DNA from: Eledone cirrhosa
Lineage: Eukaryota
DNA length: 64,000 nucleotides
Direction: 5' to 3'
NCBI GenBank assembly: GCA_964016885.1
Contig: OZ024752.1
Coordinates: 49,414,001 to 49,478,000 of the forward strand
Position 1 is the stretch's first letter; every line of letters starts with the position of its first letter. The position numbers and the translations under genes were made by a program. The notes beneath the pieces are model-generated. The model made no database searches. It was not told the origin of the DNA and saw only the letters and a list, made by a program, of their open reading frames with translations. Of this stretch, positions 57,689-64,000 are shown piece after piece.

Positions 57689-57778
57689 TAATATATATAC
57701 TATCCGTGAGCTTCCAACAGTAATGGTTGCATTCCTTAAGGGTATGTCAGTATTTATTTATAAAACTGCTCTATATTA

Positions 57779-57843
57779 TATTTTATCTGATGAAAGCACA
57801 CCATAATTTAACTTGGTGTCCTTGAAATATGTATAATGAAATA
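57779..57843 (+). ncRNA. Type I hammerhead ribozyme motif, family H1
   Basis: Stem I tattttat/atgaaata; CTGATGA 57787-57793; stem II aagc-acacca...tggtgt-cctt; GAAA 57824-57827; stem III AT-atgt-AT; triplet AUA, predicted cut after 57835. Confidence 0.8.
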
Positions 57844-57950
57844 AATATGGTTTTATAAATATAGTTTCCATTTGTTAATATCGTATATATATATATATAT
57901 ATATCATCATCATCATCATCATTTTACGTCCGTCTTTCCATGCTTGCCAG

Positions 57951-58086
57951 GGCTTTGCTGGTGATTTCTTTTGAATGAAACAGTTCTAGTCCTGTAGAAG
58001 CCATTTCTATATTAAACTTGATGTTTACACTCTACTAATGTATTGAGTACCTTACTAACTAAGACTACTCTCGATTGAACCCAGGA
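57951..58086 (+). mobile_element. H2-family element with mutated core (CTGGTGA)
   Basis: ggctttg CTGGTGA tttcttttgaat GAAACAG ttctagtc CTGTA gaagcc plus the family 3' segment. Confidence 0.6.
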
Positions 58087-58103
58087 CTCACACACACACA
58101 CAC

Positions 58104-58162
<59 letters not shown>

Positions 58163-58250
58163 ATATATAAATATATATAAATGAAGATCACTGATGAAGG
58201 ACTAATTTTATTCATATGTAACCCATTTGTAACCACGCAGCACGCCATTT

Positions 58251-58287
<37 letters not shown>

Positions 58288-58364
58288 TTCTCCCGAATGA
58301 AACAGTTCTAGTCCTGTAGAAGCCTTTTCTATATTAAATATATATATATATATATATTTATATA

Positions 58365-58556
58365 TAGGAGAAAGTATGACCCTGACGGCAGAGCTCCAGC
58401 CATTTCGACGGCTATTTCTGGACAGAAATAGCCGTCGAAATGGCTGGAGCTCTGCTGTCGGGCTCATACTTTTTTTCTATTATCCACTCTACTACCCTAA
58501 GTATTGAGTACTCTGGTGCGTTATGGTCCATCTGGTTCCTTACCACATCTCCTTCG

Positions 58557-58560
<4 letters not shown>
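58365..58560 (+). mobile_element. H3-family fold-back element
   Basis: Arms of ~55 bp centred on atttct-ggac-agaaat, plus the family tail. Smaller fragments at ~24885-24933 and ~57390-57480. Confidence 0.65.
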
Positions 58561-58597
<37 letters not shown>

Positions 58598-58603
<6 letters not shown>

Positions 58604-58721
58604 TGCATAAAAGTCGTGATACATAAAAAAAATAATTGTTTCATAAGAAACAATTTATTCAAAATAAATAAATATGGAAACTTTAAAATGTCCTATGTAT
58701 TGCGACTTTTGGGCCACCCTG

Positions 58722-58723
<2 letters not shown>
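58598..58723. mobile_element. Tc1/mariner-type MITE
   Basis: agggttgcataaaagtcgtgatac / gtattgcgacttttgggccaccctg imperfect TIRs, TA flanks. Confidence 0.6.
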
Positions 58724-58766
<43 letters not shown>

Positions 58767-58768
58767 GT

Positions 58769-58990
58769 GAAGGCGTGTGGCTGAGTGGTTAGAGAATTGG
58801 ATTCGCAATCGTAAGGTTGTGAGTTCGATTCCTGGACCAGGCGATGCGTTATGTCCTTGAGCAAGACACTTTATTTCACGTTGCTGCTTCTACCTGGAGT
58901 TGCGATCGATAGACAGTATTAGCAATTGGAAAGACCAACGGAAACATTGTTCCCTCGGTCCGATTTGACGAAAGTCAATCGTCTCCTTTA
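58769..58990 (+). mobile_element. tRNA-derived SINE family C
   Basis: Box A tggctgagtggt, box B gagttcgattcc, tgtccttgagcaagacact core, distinct structured tail. Confidence 0.85.
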
Positions 58991-59032
58991 ATATATATAT
59001 ACCCACGCACACACACTCATATATATACACAC

Positions 59033-59064
<32 letters not shown>

Positions 59065-59217
59065 TCAAATATACACACACACATATATATATATGCAAAA
59101 GTTTTATTTAAAATTGTTGGGTTACAACAAGTAAATATTTTATAACTGATATAAAGCATGAAAGTTGATCAATATTTATGGTATGTCAAAATTATTTATA
59201 AAACTGCTTATATATTG

Positions 59218-59283
59218 TATTTTATCTGAAGAAGGCATGCCATATTTTTAATATGGTATCCCCGAAATATGTATAATGAAATA
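59218..59283 (+). ncRNA. Type I hammerhead motif, family H1
   Basis: tattttat CTGAAGA aggc-atgccatatt-ttt-aatatggtat-cccc GAAAT ATGT ATA atgaaata. Confidence 0.72.
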
Positions 59284-59323
59284 AATATGGTTTTATAAAT
59301 ATAGTTTCCATTTGTTTAATATC

Positions 59324-59362
<39 letters not shown>

Positions 59363-59634
59363 GTGGTGTGTGTCCTTGTCTAGCTGAAAGATTAAATTGA
59401 AATGAAAAGATTAATTTTTTCTAAAATTTGTTTTGTGTTATGCGACAATGTATAACTGTGTATATATCTGTATGTGTGTAGAATTACATACATCTGATTG
59501 TGTATTTATGTGTGTATCTCAGCCCCTCTCTCTCTCTCTATATATATATATATATGAGCCCCTCTCTCTCATTCTCTCTCTCTCTCATTCTCTCCCTCTC
59601 TCTCTCTTTCTCATTCTCTCCCTCTCTCTCTCTC

Positions 59635-59691
<57 letters not shown>

Positions 59692-59693
<2 letters not shown>

Positions 59694-59876
59694 ATAGATG
59701 AGATTCTACAGGACTAGAACTGTTTCATTCTTTAGAAATCATCAGATTCCTGATGATTTCTAAAGAATGAAACAGTTCTAGTCCTGTAGAATCTCATCTA
59801 TATTAAAACTTTTATACTCTCCAATGTATTGAGTACCTTACTTACTGTGGTTACCTCCGATTCAACCCGGAATAAC

Positions 59877-59878
<2 letters not shown>
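59692..59878 (+). mobile_element. Penelope-like pseudo-LTR remnant, family H2, with 5' inverted duplication
   Basis: 54-bp perfect inverted repeat followed by the family 3' segment (..gtattgagtaccttacttactgtggttacctccgattcaacccgg); flanked by (TA)n. Confidence 0.65.
59744..59794 (+). ncRNA. Type I hammerhead motif, family H2
   Basis: Stem I agattc/gaatct; CTGATGA 59750-59756; short stem II ttc-taaa-gaa; GAAA 59769-59772; stem III ACAG-ttctagtc-CTGT; triplet GUA, predicted cut after 59788. Confidence 0.78.
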
Positions 59879-59946
<68 letters not shown>

Positions 59947-60722
59947 GACAGTGTGCCGTCACTGTATTTGCGCATGTGTCAATGACAAGAATAAATTTTG
60001 AATGAAACAAATTAATTTTTTCAAAATTGCAAAAGCTTTATTCATATATATATATATATATATATGTATATATGTGTGTGTGTAATTGTGAATGTGTGTG
60101 AATGCATTACATACATATATCTATGTATATACATGCATGTTTATGTGGTATAGATGTGTATGTATATGCATACATGTATACATACATGCAATGTATGTTT
60201 TAGAGTGAAAGTATATATATACTGTATATATATATGTGATATATCTGTGTATATGTTAGTGTATGTGTATGTAGGCAACTAAATTTGTTAAAAATAAAAA
60301 AAATAATTTAAATAAATTAAATTTCCTTTTTTTTTATGGTGCTGTCATCATTTTTTTAAAATTTTCATTTATTTTTGAAAAAAAAATTTTTTTTTTTGAA
60401 ATTTAGAATTATTTGCTCGTGTGTGGGTGTGGGTGTGGGTGGGTGTGTGTGTACATGTGTGTGTGTGTGTGTACATGTGTGTGTGTGTGTGTTTGTGTAC
60501 ATGTGTGTGTGTGTGTGTATTTGACCCACCTCTTTCTTTTATATTAACTTACAATCCCTCTTTCCCTTACTCTCTTTTTCTCCGCTTCTCCTTCATTTTT
60601 ACACACACACACTCTCTCTCTCTCTGTTTCTGTCTCTTTTTCTCTCTCTCTCTCTTTCTCTTTCTTTCACTCTCTCTTTCTCTTTCTTTCACTCTCTCTT
60701 TTTCCCTCTCTTTCTCTATCTT

Positions 60723-60756
<34 letters not shown>

Positions 60757-61130
60757 ACTCTCTCATTCCCTCTGCCTCTCTCTCTCCCCTCTCCCACCCC
60801 CTACCATCCATCCAACAATACAGTAATAAGTTATACCAAGCTGTCCCTTGTCTCTCTCTGTTATGTCCTCTACACCTTAAACATCTTTCACCCCTACCCC
60901 TCTCTCCCTCTTCTGCCAACACACTCTCTCTTTCTCTCCAGCTTCCCCTTTTTCCTCTCTCATTACAGTCTCTCTCTCTCTCTCTCTTCGCACAGACCAA
61001 CTATCTCATTTCCTCTCTCTCTCTCTCTCTCTACCTTTCACCTATATAAATTGCATCTTTCCCCCTCCCACCCACCCCCCATCCCCTACACCATGGGGGT
61101 TACAATAAAGTCAGTAAAAATAATAGTAAT

Positions 61131-61325
61131 AATTGTTTCTACTTTAGGCACAAGGCCAGCAATTACCCAGTACATTACTGGTACTTTATTTTATCGACCC
61201 CGTAAGGATGAAAGGCAAAGTTAACCTCGACGGGATTTGAACTCAGATCGTAAAGGGACGGAACTCTATGCGTCAAAGCATGGCGTCCGACCCTCTACTG
61301 TTACTGTCAATTCATAATAATAATA

Positions 61326-61362
<37 letters not shown>

Positions 61363-61650
61363 TTTCTTTATTAACCACAAGGGTTTACACAAAGTAGACA
61401 TTAAGGACAGTACAGGACAATACAGGACGGTACAAATAGTAATAATAATTTAAAAAATAGTATGGTAATAGTTGTTTCTATTTTAGGCACAAGGCCAGCA
61501 ATTACCCCAGTGCATTACTGGTACTTTATTTTATCGACCCCGTAAGGATGAAAGGCAAAGTTAACCTCGGCGGGATTTGAACTCAGACAGTAAAGGGACG
61601 TAACTATGCCGGAAAGCATGGTGTCCGACCCTCTACCGATACTGCCAATT
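61131..61650 (-). mobile_element. Two SINE family A copies (61131-61314, 61471-61650)
   Basis: Reverse-complement full-length copies. Confidence 0.85.
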
Positions 61651-62035
61651 AATAATAATAGTTACCTAGCTGTCCCCCTCTATATACTTTTTAATGTTGT
61701 CCTCTATAAAATATGTTTTTTTGTCCCCTACCCACCCAGTCACACTATGTCTGTCTCAACCTTAACCTTGCTTCCCCCTCCACAACACCACCACAAACCC
61801 CTTTTTTAAAACACTTCCACCTTCTTAATCTCTCCTTTTTTTCTTTTTTTTCTGATTTTATTTTATTTTATTTTTTTTTTATGTTATTTTTATATTTTTT
61901 ATTATATTTTTATTATATTTTTATTTATTTTTTCCAATTCACCCCCCCCCCCCACTCCACTCCTTTTGCGCAAACACTCTCAATATCTTTCTGTCTATCT
62001 CTACTATGTCACCCTTCCTCTCTTTCTCTGTCTGT

Positions 62036-62089
<54 letters not shown>

Positions 62090-62266
62090 ACTCTCAATCT
62101 CTCTCTATTTTCCTTTCTGTTTCTATCCCATGTGTTGTGTATGTATGTGTGTATGTATATATATATATGTTTATATATATATATATATATATGTTTACAT
62201 ATATACATATATATGTTTATATATATATATGTATATCTTTATATATATGTTATATATATATGTGTT

Positions 62267-62297
<31 letters not shown>

Positions 62298-62332
62298 GTA
62301 TTTATATATACATATATATATATATATGTATT

Positions 62333-62365
<33 letters not shown>

Positions 62366-62507
62366 TTATATATACATATATATATACATATACATATGTA
62401 TGTATATATATACATATATATGTATATATATACATATATATATACATATACATATGTATGTATATATATACATATATATATATGTATATATATATATAGG
62501 TATATAA

Positions 62508-62566
<59 letters not shown>

Positions 62567-62652
62567 TGGATTATGATATATATATTTGTGCATGTATCTG
62601 CATATAAATATATACATATACATATATATATGTATATAAATTATATGCATAT

Positions 62653-62749
<97 letters not shown>

Positions 62750-62961
62750 GCCTGCTTTTCTGTCTGTCTGTCTGTATGTCTCCAGAGAAAATAGGTTTCA
62801 CCAACTTACAGTTATTTTCCCACATGCATTGAATTTTAATTTGAAATTTGAACTGGAAATTTTTCTTCTCTTGAAATGAAGATGACATAATGCTTCCTAA
62901 TCAATAGACACAGACAGGGGAGGAAAGCAGGCAACTGTTTGTAAGAGGAACCCTGGTGGCG

Positions 62962-63350
62962 GTGGGGGTGGGAGGGAGGGTAGCGTTGTTGGTAGTGGTG
63001 TTGTAGTGGTGGTGGTATTGTAGAGGTGGTGGGGGGTGGGAGGGCGGGTAGCGTTGTTGGTGGTGGTGTTGTAGTGGTGGTGGTATTGTAGAGGTGGTGG
63101 GGGTGGGAGGGCGGGTAGCGTTGTTGGTGGTGGTGTTGTAGTGGTGGTGGTATTGTAGAGGTGGAGGGGGTGGGAGGGCGGGTAGCGTTGTTGGTGGTGG
63201 TGTTGTAGTGGTGGTGGTATTGTAGAGGTGGTGGGGGTGGGAGGGCGGGTAGCGTTGTTGGTGGTGGTGTTGTAGTGGTGGTGGTATTGTAGAGGTGGAG
63301 GGGGTGGGAGGGCGGGTAGCGTTGTTGGTGGTGGTGTTGTAGAGGTGGTG
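62962..63350 (+). repeat. 67-bp G-rich minisatellite, 6 copies
   Basis: tagcgttgttgg recurs with a 67-68-bp period; each unit has GGGtGGGaGGG(c/a)GGG. Confidence 0.92.
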
Positions 63351-63799
63351 GTGTTAGTTGGAGTGGTTGTGGTGGTAGTAGCCATGGTGATGGTGGTGGT
63401 AGTGGTAGTAGCCATGGTGATGGTGGTAGTGGTGGTAGTGGTGGTGGTGGTGGTGGTGGCAACAGTAATAGTTGTTGGTAATAGTACATGAATGGAAGAT
63501 GGTGTTAGTGGTGGTTGTAGTATTAGTAGGAAGAGTGGTGGTGGTTGTACTAGTAATAGTATTAGTAGTAATAGTAGTAGTGGTTGTAGTAGTAATGGTA
63601 TTAGTAGTAGTAATAATAATAGTGGTAGTGGTGGTTTTAGTAGTAATAATAATAGTGGTAGTGGTGGTTGTAGTAGTAATGGTGGTTGTAGTAGTAATAA
63701 TATTAGTAGTAATAGTAGTGGTGGTGGTGGTAGTGGTAGTAAAGGCAGTGGTAGCAACAGTAGCCGATAAACTGCTGGAGGAAAGAGAGGGGGGAGAGA

Positions 63800-64000
63800 A
63801 ATAGAGAGGGGGGTAGAGAGAGACAGAGTGAAAGAGAGAGAGGGAGTAGAGAGAGACAGTGAAAAAGAGAGAGGGGGGTAGAGAGAAACAGAGTAAAAGA
63901 GAAAGGGTGTAGAGCGAGACAGAGTGAAAGGGAGAGGGTGTAGAGCGAGACAGAGTGAAAGGGAGAGGGTGTAGAGCGAGACAGAGTGAAAGGGAGAGGG
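63800..64000. repeat. ~31-bp purine-rich tandem repeat running off the window end
   Basis: gagagggtgtagagcgagacagagtgaaagg units. Confidence 0.85.

Overview
AT-rich eukaryotic DNA full of microsatellites. The SINE content and repeat landscape suggest a coleoid cephalopod, probably octopus (inference). Almost every ORF in the track is an artefact of (TA)n, (CA)n, (GA)n or trinucleotide repeats. The only convincing host coding sequence is a 1479-bp phase-1/phase-1 internal exon (40021-41499, +) of a C2H2 zinc-finger gene, so the flanking DNA is probably its introns. The rest holds several tRNA-derived SINE families, 3' fragments of RTE, R4/Dong-like and L1/Tx1-like LINEs, TTAA-flanked and TA-flanked MITEs, and several minisatellites. 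The most striking unexplained signal is about 25 short elements, mostly inserted in (TA)n and often fold-back palindromes, from at least four sequence families. They carry complete or partial type I hammerhead ribozyme motifs (CUGANGA..GAAA..UH) with palindromic stem-III loops and compensatory base changes between copies. This is the signature of Penelope-like element pseudo-LTRs. Several intact-looking copies are sense to the zinc-finger gene. Ribozyme folds were assigned by eye and catalytic activity is untested.
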